From an uncultured virus (IMG/VR IMGVR_UViG_3300031963_011487) (taxonomy: Duplodnaviria > Heunggongvirae > Uroviricota > Caudoviricetes), in the IMG/VR virus record IMGVR_UViG_3300031963_011487: DNA of 20,000 nt, one strand, 5' to 3'. The position numbers and the translations under genes were made by a program. This document shows positions 1 to 7,501 of the stretch, piece by piece. The notes under the pieces are model-generated. The model saw nothing but the letters and a program-made list of their open reading frames with translations. It was not told where the DNA came from and ran no database searches. Each line of letters opens with the position of its first letter. Position 1 is the stretch's first letter.

Positions 1-1173
1 TTAGAAAAACAGAAACAACAAAATAAAGAACTACTACAATCCGACGTATGTAAAAAATGTACTACATGTGAAAGTTCACAAACAACTACGCCCCGACCGA
101 CCGGACAAAATTCATATGTGTCAAAATCAGGACGAATAATAACCATTCCGGTAAATACAAATAGTCCAGGAAAACTCGACAGTACTAAAAAATTATATGC
201 AGCAGGACATAGAAACGGACAATTAAGTACTTCTCTACTAGTAGCAGGCACAGGTGGCGCCTATCTGTATAAGGATGTTGCTGCAAAGTGGAATCAATTA
301 GTTGCAGCTGCAAAAACTGAAGGTATTAATTTGACACATAACTGGGCATATCGTTCATTAGCCGAACAGATTCGTATAGCCAAACAAGAAGGATTGTACA
401 AACAAGAAGCACCACGAGATAGTACAAACTCTACGGGTAAAGCAGCAGATCCAGGAACTTCAAATCATGGATGGGGGTTTGCTCTTGATATAAACGTGGG
501 AAAAAGTTATACAAGTAAAAACTATCTATGGCTAAAACAAAATGCAAGTAAGTATGGATTTGCAAATACGGTAGATGGGGAACCACATCACTGGGAATAT
601 ATTGGCCCCATATCCGATCCACCAAGAGCCAGTACACCACCAACGCCAAACTCTACACCTACCACACCACCCACTCCGAAACCTGACGGTACATGCACTG
701 ACTTTTTAAGTAAAAATCAAGAAGAATGTAAAAAATGTAAATCGGCAGAACTAATAAATTCTCAAATTGATAAAGTACTACCCGATAAACAAAAATTTAC
801 AATTGTCACCCGACAGTTTGAGGGACTACAGAATTTATTCAAGTATATAGAGATATTTCCAGATTATATGACTGCTGCAATTACGGGAACCGCAGACGGA
901 AATGTAGCAAACGCATTTGGTGCTTCGCCAGGTTCGTTGGCAATCAAAGCAGATTTAACTTTACCTGGTATAAACGGAATGCGAGTAGGTGAATTATTTT
1001 GGATAGATCGTATCCCTTCTTTTTATAAAGCATTTGGAGCATTCCAGATTATGAGTATTGAAGATGTTCTCGGAACGGATGGATGGAAAACTAAAATTCA
1101 TGCCCAATTTAATTATCTAGGAGAACGTTGGAAATCGGCAATGGAATCTAGACTCAGTGGAAGAACAACATGA
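1..1173 (+). CDS. 5'-truncated probable baseplate hub/tail protein with internal M15B (VanY-like) peptidoglycan peptidase domain
   Basis: Frame is open from base 1 (LEKQKQQNKELLQSDVCKKC...), so GTG 118 is not the real start. M15B motifs: AYRSLAEQ, PGTSNHGWGFALD, WLKQNASKYGF, EPHHWEY. The C-terminal ADLTLPGINGMRVGE...FQIMSIEDVLGTDGWKTKI resembles the end of hub/late-control-D-like proteins (less certain than the peptidase call). Confidence 0.75.
   Translation, partial: LEKQKQQNKELLQSDVCKKCTTCESSQTTTPRPTGQNSYVSKSGRIITIPVNTNSPGKLDSTKKLYAAGHRNGQLSTSLLVAGTGGAYLYKDVAAKWNQLVAAAKTEGINLTHNWAYRSLAEQIRIAKQEGLYKQEAPRDSTNSTGKAADPGTSNHGWGFALDINVGKSYTSKNYLWLKQNASKYGFANTVDGEPHHWEYIGPISDPPRASTPPTPNSTPTTPPTPKPDGTCTDFLSKNQEECKKCKSAELINSQIDKVLPDKQKFTIVTRQFEGLQNLFKYIEIFPDYMTAAITGTADGNVANAFGASPGSLAIKADLTLPGINGMRVGELFWIDRIPSFYKAFGAFQIMSIEDVLGTDGWKTKIHAQFNYLGERWKSAMESRLSGRTT
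48..739 (+). repeat. 14-bp direct repeat ATGTAAAAAATGTA (48-61 and 726-739), both copies encoding CKKC
   Basis: Identical 14-mers read directly from the sequence. They flank the M15 domain and its Pro/Thr linkers. Confidence 0.8.
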
Positions 1174-1574
1174 TTGATCAAAAAATATTGGATTCTTTAT
1201 ATAAAAGTAATGAACAGCAACTAAAAGAATTCTTAGAACCTATTCCGCAACAGATATCTCCTATAGTAACACAGAAAGATGTTACTAACAAATATATGAT
1301 TAGATATTTTGTACGACAAGTAAACGATCAACTCTATGTAGTTGAAGTAAATAAACAACAATATGAAAGTTTTAAAACAAACCCACGGTTTATAACTGTT
1401 AAAATTAAATGGAAAATTATAGGAAAAAAAGAAACCACTGTACTAAGTAGCGGGGCCAAAATATACGGCGTAGATGATCAGAATCGGATTGAGGTAGAAA
1501 CTGCGGACTTGACATTTGGTGGGTTACGTAGTTACATTACAAGTTATCTGGAGTACTGGTTTTCCGAGGAATAA
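1170..1574 (+). CDS. hypothetical phage protein
   Basis: 134-aa ORF with ATGA overlap with the upstream stop, directly abutting the next gene. No catalytic motif recognised. Confidence 0.8.
   Translation: MIDQKILDSLYKSNEQQLKEFLEPIPQQISPIVTQKDVTNKYMIRYFVRQVNDQLYVVEVNKQQYESFKTNPRFITVKIKWKIIGKKETTVLSSGAKIYGVDDQNRIEVETADLTFGGLRSYITSYLEYWFSEE
1509..1538 (+). promoter_or_regulatory. possible sigma70-type promoter for the polA-like gene
   Basis: TTGACA (1509-1514), N18, TACATT (1533-1538), inside the upstream CDS and about 37 nt before ATG 1575. Confidence 0.4.
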
Positions 1575-2819
1575 ATGATTATTAGTAGTTACGTACAGTA
1601 TCAACAATTAATTCAACGTATAGATCGGGAGCAATGTATATTGATTCCGATTTTTCGTGACATACATCTGCATAGAAAAGAGAATAATATACTATGCATA
1701 GCAATTAGTTTTTTAGATCAAACATATATAATATCTATATCACACGAGGACGCCCCGTGTTTCTTGATTCCAGAGGGTTCGTATTTAACGTCAGATGACA
1801 TACAAACACTTGCCTACGTTAATAATATTCCACTATCTGAATGGGAATACTGTCCCTATATCGTTGATACACATAACCAGTTTTGGAATGTTACGGATGT
1901 AAACCGATTAATTCCGTTGTCGGTGTGGTCATCTGTACTAAAAAAATATGCAGAGAAACAATGGAAGATTGTAAATACAGTCCCGCAAAATGAAACCTAT
2001 GCGTCTACCGTAAGTATGATTAAAACATTACGGGAAATTGAAGATGCGGGAATCTGCGTGGATCGTAACGTACTCCAACAACATTTTGAATCTAAGACGT
2101 TACGTGCGTTTAAGAGTAATCTCGTTTATTCAGAATATAATCCATACACAACCACGGGTAGACCAAGCAATCGGTTTGGTGGGATTAACTTTTCTGCACT
2201 GAATAAATCCGATGGTACTCGTGATGCGTTTATCAGTCGATATGAGGAGGGTATATTGGTACAAATGGATTTTGAGGCATACCATCTCCGACTCATTGCG
2301 GATCAGTTTGATATTCCACTACCCAACACATCGTTACACACAGAACTTGCTAAAAAGTATTTTGGTACCGATGATATTACTGATGAATTGTATGCAATGA
2401 GTAAGCAAAAAACATTTGAGATCATGTATGGGATGTCTGATGAAACCTATGGCGTTCATCTATTTGAACGGGTAGTAGAATTACGGAAGTTGTTTCAGAC
2501 TACGACGGGAACGCTAGAACTACCCAGCGGAATAACAGTAGATTTCCCAGAACCAAACGCAAGTAAAATGTTTAATTATTATGTTCAATCGTTGGAAGTA
2601 ATAAAGACTTTACCTAAGTTACGTAAAATACTAGACTTATTAAAAACCACGCGGAACCACTTGATACTTTATACTTATGATAGTATCTTACTAGATATGG
2701 AACGATTTGATAAAGAATTACTTATGCAGATTGTTGCTATCTTAGAAGACAATAAAAAATTTCCTGTTCGTGTATATACGGGCACAACATATGGTAACAT
2801 TTCGGAGATACGGTTATGA
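1575..2819 (+). CDS. compact, divergent family A DNA polymerase-like protein
   Basis: EDAGICVD, TTTGRPS, motif A DFEAYHLR (2268-2291), motif B KQKTFEIMYG (2403-2432), motif C YTYDS (Asp codon at 2679). Only 414 aa. Confidence 0.85.
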   Translation: MIISSYVQYQQLIQRIDREQCILIPIFRDIHLHRKENNILCIAISFLDQTYIISISHEDAPCFLIPEGSYLTSDDIQTLAYVNNIPLSEWEYCPYIVDTHNQFWNVTDVNRLIPLSVWSSVLKKYAEKQWKIVNTVPQNETYASTVSMIKTLREIEDAGICVDRNVLQQHFESKTLRAFKSNLVYSEYNPYTTTGRPSNRFGGINFSALNKSDGTRDAFISRYEEGILVQMDFEAYHLRLIADQFDIPLPNTSLHTELAKKYFGTDDITDELYAMSKQKTFEIMYGMSDETYGVHLFERVVELRKLFQTTTGTLELPSGITVDFPEPNASKMFNYYVQSLEVIKTLPKLRKILDLLKTTRNHLILYTYDSILLDMERFDKELLMQIVAILEDNKKFPVRVYTGTTYGNISEIRL

Positions 2820-3676
2820 CATTTGAAATTGGTGTACTTGGATTGGGATACGTTGGGGGAACAGTAGCGCAAGCGTATCAACGAAAGAACGTTTCCATTC
2901 ACACGTATGATATTGATCCAAACAGAAATCCTACATGTGAAACGTTTGAAGAATTTTTGAATAAGGCAAATTTGATTTATGTTGCCGTGCCGACCCCGAT
3001 GACACGGGAAGGTGCGTGTGATACTCGGATCGTTGAGCAAGTGGTCCATGATTTGTGCATGACGGATCAGTCCAAAGTCATTATTATTAAATCGACTGTT
3101 CCGCCCGGTACCACGGAGAAGCTACAGGAACGGTACACCAATCACACCATACTATTCAGTCCAGAGTTTTTAACGGAAAGAAATGCATTAAGTGATTTCT
3201 TAAATCAGGAAGTCATGTTAATTGGAAAGTCTAAACGGGCTTCACAAGAACTTGCTGATTTGGCACTGAGTAGTCAGGCTAGTGTCACGGAGACAATACG
3301 ACTGGCTAAGGTGGTAGATGCCACAGTAGCAGAACTATATAAGTATACATCTAATTTATTCTTGGCAACCAAAGTATCATTTGCCAATGAAATGGCAGAT
3401 ATTGCAGCAAATGTCGGAGTGGAGTGGAATTCTGTGGAACGACTGCTTTTGTATGATACCCGACTAGGAAAGAGTCACTGGATGGTTCCTGGACCAGATG
3501 GTCATCGTGGATTTGGTGGTACCTGTTTTCCGAAAGATTTGTCTGCATTGATTAGTCACGCAGAATCCAATGGAGTTCCAACACCACTACTTCGTTCTGT
3601 CTGGAAACGTAATGTATTAGTAGATCGTCCCGAACGAGATTGGGAGCAAATGAAGGGACGTGCGGTGTCTGAATAA
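2816..3676 (+). CDS. ugd: UDP-glucose/GDP-mannose 6-dehydrogenase family protein (short form)
   Basis: GLGYVG Rossmann motif, VPTP, IKSTVPPGT, SPEFL, AELYKY (catalytic Lys), GFGGTCFPKD (catalytic Cys). 286 aa. Confidence 0.9.
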   Translation: MTFEIGVLGLGYVGGTVAQAYQRKNVSIHTYDIDPNRNPTCETFEEFLNKANLIYVAVPTPMTREGACDTRIVEQVVHDLCMTDQSKVIIIKSTVPPGTTEKLQERYTNHTILFSPEFLTERNALSDFLNQEVMLIGKSKRASQELADLALSSQASVTETIRLAKVVDATVAELYKYTSNLFLATKVSFANEMADIAANVGVEWNSVERLLLYDTRLGKSHWMVPGPDGHRGFGGTCFPKDLSALISHAESNGVPTPLLRSVWKRNVLVDRPERDWEQMKGRAVSE

Positions 3677-3740
3677 CGGTATTTTACCACCATGAAGTAA
3701 TATTTATTATGAGATTGTTTCCTTTTAATGAGTATTACAC

Positions 3741-4142
3741 ATGGAATCAGACACACAGTTACTCTGTACATTTACAACTATTGAAGGAATTGATGCGACT
3801 ATAGAAGCAATAAAAGATTCCTATAAATTAGTATTTAATAAAGTTTATGTACTTGAAAACACCGAAGATGCAAATCAGTTGGTCTTGACATATAATGTAG
3901 CAAAGCCTACAGATGCAACGGTTACCCCACCACCGTCAACAATATCGGTTCATAGAAAAAAGCAAACGAATACCATTTACACGATTAATGCAATTAACAA
4001 ATTAATTGAAAGTAAAAATGGTGGGGTGTTAGACAAATCATATAAGATTGATTGGAATGAATTACAAAATATGGTACTGGTGACTGCCTACGGAAAACTA
4101 AAAATTGTAAATACTAAACTTGTAAAAATCATAGATCTCTAA
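3741..4142 (+). CDS. hypothetical phage protein
   Basis: 133-aa ORF filling the gap before the SSB promoter (LLCTF...SVHRKKQTNTIYTINAIN). Function not recognised. Confidence 0.8.
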   Translation: MESDTQLLCTFTTIEGIDATIEAIKDSYKLVFNKVYVLENTEDANQLVLTYNVAKPTDATVTPPPSTISVHRKKQTNTIYTINAINKLIESKNGGVLDKSYKIDWNELQNMVLVTAYGKLKIVNTKLVKIIDL

Positions 4143-4146
4143 ACAC

Positions 4147-4175
4147 TTGACAACCTTGCTGGACCCTATTACTAT
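4147..4175 (+). promoter_or_regulatory. sigma70-type promoter upstream of SSB
   Basis: Intergenic TTGACA (4147-4152), N17, TACTAT (4170-4175). Shine-Dalgarno AAGGAG at 4219-4224. Confidence 0.8.
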
Positions 4176-4231
4176 ACGTGATAGGGAGTTTTAAACTCAC
4201 TAAACATCTAAACACTAAAAGGAGTAAACGT

Positions 4232-5017
4232 ATGTCACTAAACATTGCAGCACTTAAGGCAAAGCTCAATCAGTTCAACCGTCAAGGTGACCGTGGTGAG
4301 GCACTCTGGAAGCCCACTGAAGGTAAGCACGTAATTCGTATTGTTCCGTGGAAGGAAAACAAGGAAAATCCTTTTATTGAACTGTACTTCCATTATCTAG
4401 GTAATAAGACCCATCTGTCGCCTACATCATACGGCAATCGTGATCCTATCATGGAGTTTGCCGAGGCACTTGCTGCCGGTGGTACGAAGGATGATTGGGC
4501 ACAATCTCGTGTATTCCGTCCGAAGCTCCGTACGTTCGTTCCAATTATCGTTCGTGGTGAAGAAGACAAGGGCGTTCGTTTCATGTCATTCGGCAAGACG
4601 GTATATACAGAACTTCTTTCCATCATTTCCGATCCCGATTACGGCGATATCACGGATGTAAAGAACGGTCGTGACATTGTGGTTGAATACATCCCACAGG
4701 AAAAGAGTGATACGAACTTCGCTAAGACGATGGTTCGTCCAAAGCCAAATCAGACTCCTGCGGGTACCGCAGAGCAGATCCAAAAGTTCATCACAGAACA
4801 GCCAGATATTCGTTCCATCTTCAAGGAGCCCTCTTACGAGGAATTGAAGGTTGCGCTCGAACGGTATCTTGACCCAAGTAGTGGTCCAGCAGTTCCAACA
4901 CAGAAGACTGTTGAAGATACTCCCGTCGCTTCACCGACAGCTACAAAGTCGGCAACCACACAGAAGTCTACGTCAGTCAAGGATATGATTGACGAGTTCG
5001 ACGAAGTATTTAATTAA
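4232..5017 (+). CDS. single-stranded DNA-binding protein, T4 gp32-like
   Basis: ATG 4232 follows AAGGAG. WKP...VIRIVP, FGKTVY, DITDVKNGRD motifs, then a low-complexity linker and acidic tail (IDEFDEVFN). Confidence 0.85.
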   Translation: MSLNIAALKAKLNQFNRQGDRGEALWKPTEGKHVIRIVPWKENKENPFIELYFHYLGNKTHLSPTSYGNRDPIMEFAEALAAGGTKDDWAQSRVFRPKLRTFVPIIVRGEEDKGVRFMSFGKTVYTELLSIISDPDYGDITDVKNGRDIVVEYIPQEKSDTNFAKTMVRPKPNQTPAGTAEQIQKFITEQPDIRSIFKEPSYEELKVALERYLDPSSGPAVPTQKTVEDTPVASPTATKSATTQKSTSVKDMIDEFDEVFN

Positions 5018-5023
5018 TCACAC

Positions 5024-5052
5024 TTGACACTACGTGCGTGACCTACTAGATT
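5024..5052 (+). promoter_or_regulatory. sigma70-type promoter upstream of recA
   Basis: Intergenic TTGACA (5024-5029), N17, TAGATT (5047-5052). Confidence 0.75.
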
Positions 5053-5070
5053 CTAGTGGGTCACCACGTA
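5031..5070 (+). terminator. long stem-loop after SSB (possible terminator or RNA stability element)
   Basis: TACGTG-C-GTGACCTACTAG att CTAGTGGGTCACCACGTA gives about 18 bp with one bulge and one G-U pair. It is followed by TTCTATT, a weak U-tract. Confidence 0.55.
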
Positions 5071-5090
5071 TTCTATTATAGGAATCATTT

Positions 5091-6227
5091 ATGGCAAAAG
5101 AAAAGAAGGTTATTCAAGAACCTGACCGTGATGAGTTAGCGTCCCTCATTGCAGAGTCACTAAATAAAATGAACAAGGATAGTGATCAAATTGCATTCTT
5201 CCTTGATGGACGAGAAAATACACCCACCGACTTTACCGATTTTATTTCAACGGGTAATACGATGTTGGACATTGCAATTAGTAATCGTCCACATGGTGGT
5301 ATTGCAGTTGGTCGTATTACGGAACTTACTGGATTGGAAGGATCTGGCAAGTCCTTGATTGGTGCGCAGTTAATTGCCAACACGCAGAAACGTGGCGGGG
5401 TGGGTGTATTGATTGACACAGAAACCGCAGTCAATCCAGAGTTCTTTAAGGCGGTTGGTATTGATACAAATAAATTAGTTTATGTTCATCTCGCAACCGT
5501 TGAGGAAATTTTTGATGCTGTCACCACAATTATTGAAAAGGTGCGTACTGGAAAGGATAAAGACAAACTGGTCACGATTGTCGTTGACTCCGTTGCCGCT
5601 GCGTCAACCAAGAAAGAAATGGAAGCCGATTTTGGAAAAGACGGATATGCTACAGATAAAGCAATCATTATCTCCAAAGCAATGCGTAAGATTACTGGAT
5701 TGCTTGGAAGAGAGCGAATTGCACTAGTCTTCACAAATCAGTTACGTCAAAAGATGAACGCAATGGCGTTTAGTGATCCGTGGACGACTTCGGGTGGAAA
5801 GGCAATTGCGTTCCATGCATCCACTCGTCTCCGACTCAATCTGATGGGGAAGATCAGTAACTCCGCAGGTGATGTGATTGGTGTAAAGGTGAAGGCAAAT
5901 GTAATCAAGAACCGATTGGGACCGCCACATCGTACTGCCGAATTCCAAATTTATTTCAATCGTGGTATTGATGATGCAAGTTCGTGGTTGGATGTGATGA
6001 AGGAAAACAAGTTGGTTAAGCAGGCAGGTGCTTGGTATACGTATGTGGATCCGACCACTGGTGAAGAAACGAAGTTCCAATCCAAAGAGTTTGCCAAGTT
6101 CCTTGATGCAGATGCGGAACGAAAGGAAGTCATCTATCAAGCAATTTGTGATTCACTTATCATGAAGTATCAGACAGAATTTGATCCAGAAGCAATTAGT
6201 ATCACGGGAGCATCCGATGACGAATAA
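5091..6227 (+). CDS. recA: RecA/UvsX-family recombinase
   Basis: ISTG, GRITELTGLEGSGKS (Walker A), IDTE, IVVDSVAA (Walker B), FTNQLR, TTSGGKAIAFHASTRL, KNR, AGAWY. Confidence 0.95.
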   Translation: MAKEKKVIQEPDRDELASLIAESLNKMNKDSDQIAFFLDGRENTPTDFTDFISTGNTMLDIAISNRPHGGIAVGRITELTGLEGSGKSLIGAQLIANTQKRGGVGVLIDTETAVNPEFFKAVGIDTNKLVYVHLATVEEIFDAVTTIIEKVRTGKDKDKLVTIVVDSVAAASTKKEMEADFGKDGYATDKAIIISKAMRKITGLLGRERIALVFTNQLRQKMNAMAFSDPWTTSGGKAIAFHASTRLRLNLMGKISNSAGDVIGVKVKANVIKNRLGPPHRTAEFQIYFNRGIDDASSWLDVMKENKLVKQAGAWYTYVDPTTGEETKFQSKEFAKFLDADAERKEVIYQAICDSLIMKYQTEFDPEAISITGASDDE

Positions 6228-6459
6228 TCTAGAAGATGTTGTTCAGTTAGTCATGCGTGCATATACTGAAACGCACGGTGACGAATTTGATATTACGCCG
6301 ATGTTTGAATTGGAAGTACGGAAGGCGTTAATGCAGAAGTATTGTTCTAATTTACCATCGCATACATACACGATTAATAAAGGTAATTTGATGGGACAAT
6401 GGAACGTGAACCTTGCTAGTAATGCAACTAGTTCACATAACATCTTGTTACATGGTTGA
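6217..6459 (+). CDS. small hypothetical protein (80 aa)
   Basis: ATG 6217 after GGGAG. Overlaps both neighbours and fills the recA-exonuclease gap. Confidence 0.65.
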   Translation: MTNNLEDVVQLVMRAYTETHGDEFDITPMFELEVRKALMQKYCSNLPSHTYTINKGNLMGQWNVNLASNATSSHNILLHG

Positions 6460-7501
6460 TCTCCAGAGTGTTTTTCATAACATGAAGTTTGAAAACGACG
6501 AACAGGGCATGGGATATAATTCTCGTGTCCTGTTAGTCGATGGCCTCAATACCTTTCTACGATCTTATACAGTTGTTCCATCAATGAATGATGATGGTCA
6601 TCACATTGGCGGTATGATAGGATTTTTAAAAAGTATTGGGCTTGCTATTCGTACATTCAAACCTACACGTTGTATTGTAGTGTTTGATGGAAAGGGTGGA
6701 AGTCAAAGACGGAGAAAGATTTATCCGCAGTATAAGGCAAATCGTAAACCACCAGTTCGGTTGAATCGTGCATATGATTTAACCACCGATGAACAAGAAA
6801 AAGAAAATATGAAATTTCAATTAGTATCACTGATTGAAATGTTAGAGTGTTTACCCGTTACTATTATTGCTTTAGATAACGTAGAAGCAGATGATGTGAT
6901 TGGACAGTTAAGTCAACTGGTAACTGCGGAAGGTGGTCATAGTATTATTTATTCTACTGATAAAGATTTCTTACAACTCGTTTCCGAATCAGTTAAAGTA
7001 TATAATCCTGTTAAAAAGAAAACATTTGATGTTGATGTGGTTCTAGAAGAATATGGAATACATCCGAAACATTTTTATTTTTACAGAGCACTTGACGGAG
7101 ATAACAGCGATAACATTGACGGAATTAAAGGAGTGGGACAAGCAACATTAAAGAAATATATTCCAGAAATTGTTGATCCGTCGATGGATATTAATTTACA
7201 GTTTATTGAGAACAAATATGTTGACGTTAAAAAGTTACCTAAAGTTATTAGCAATATACTTGACAATCGTGATATCGTGGAACGCAATATTCAGTTAATG
7301 AATTTACATGAAGGTATGATGTCACCTGACGCACGTATGAAAGTAGTACATAAGTTTCAAGATACCGTTACGTCATTTCATAAATATGACTTGACAAAAA
7401 TGATGATGAGAACTAAGTTATTAGGTGCGTTCCCGAATTACGATTCGTGGATTGCACAGACGTTTATTCCTCTCAATAGATTTAAGCATGACACAAACTG
7501 A
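6452..7501 (+). CDS. 5'-3' exonuclease/flap endonuclease (PolI N-terminal/T4 RNase H family)
   Basis: LLVDGLN, VVFDG, YKANR, EADDVI, STDKDFLQL, GDNSDNIDGIKGVG (H3TH motif). ATG 6452 is preferred over TTG 6413. Confidence 0.95.
   Translation: MVDLQSVFHNMKFENDEQGMGYNSRVLLVDGLNTFLRSYTVVPSMNDDGHHIGGMIGFLKSIGLAIRTFKPTRCIVVFDGKGGSQRRRKIYPQYKANRKPPVRLNRAYDLTTDEQEKENMKFQLVSLIEMLECLPVTIIALDNVEADDVIGQLSQLVTAEGGHSIIYSTDKDFLQLVSESVKVYNPVKKKTFDVDVVLEEYGIHPKHFYFYRALDGDNSDNIDGIKGVGQATLKKYIPEIVDPSMDINLQFIENKYVDVKKLPKVISNILDNRDIVERNIQLMNLHEGMMSPDARMKVVHKFQDTVTSFHKYDLTKMMMRTKLLGAFPNYDSWIAQTFIPLNRFKHDTN
7391..7419 (+). promoter_or_regulatory. possible internal sigma70-type promoter for helicase
   Basis: TTGACA (7391-7396), N17, TAAGTT (7414-7419), about 70 nt before ATG 7488. 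Confidence 0.45.

Noticed and set aside
118..120. GTG start for the first ORF
   Set aside because: The frame is open back to base 1, so the gene begins upstream of the window.
4178..4231. Extended N-terminus of SSB from GTG 4178
   Set aside because: It overlaps the promoter region, whereas ATG 4232 has a strong SD. The track starts at 6181, 6413, 7425, 10755 and 17633 were shortened on similar grounds.
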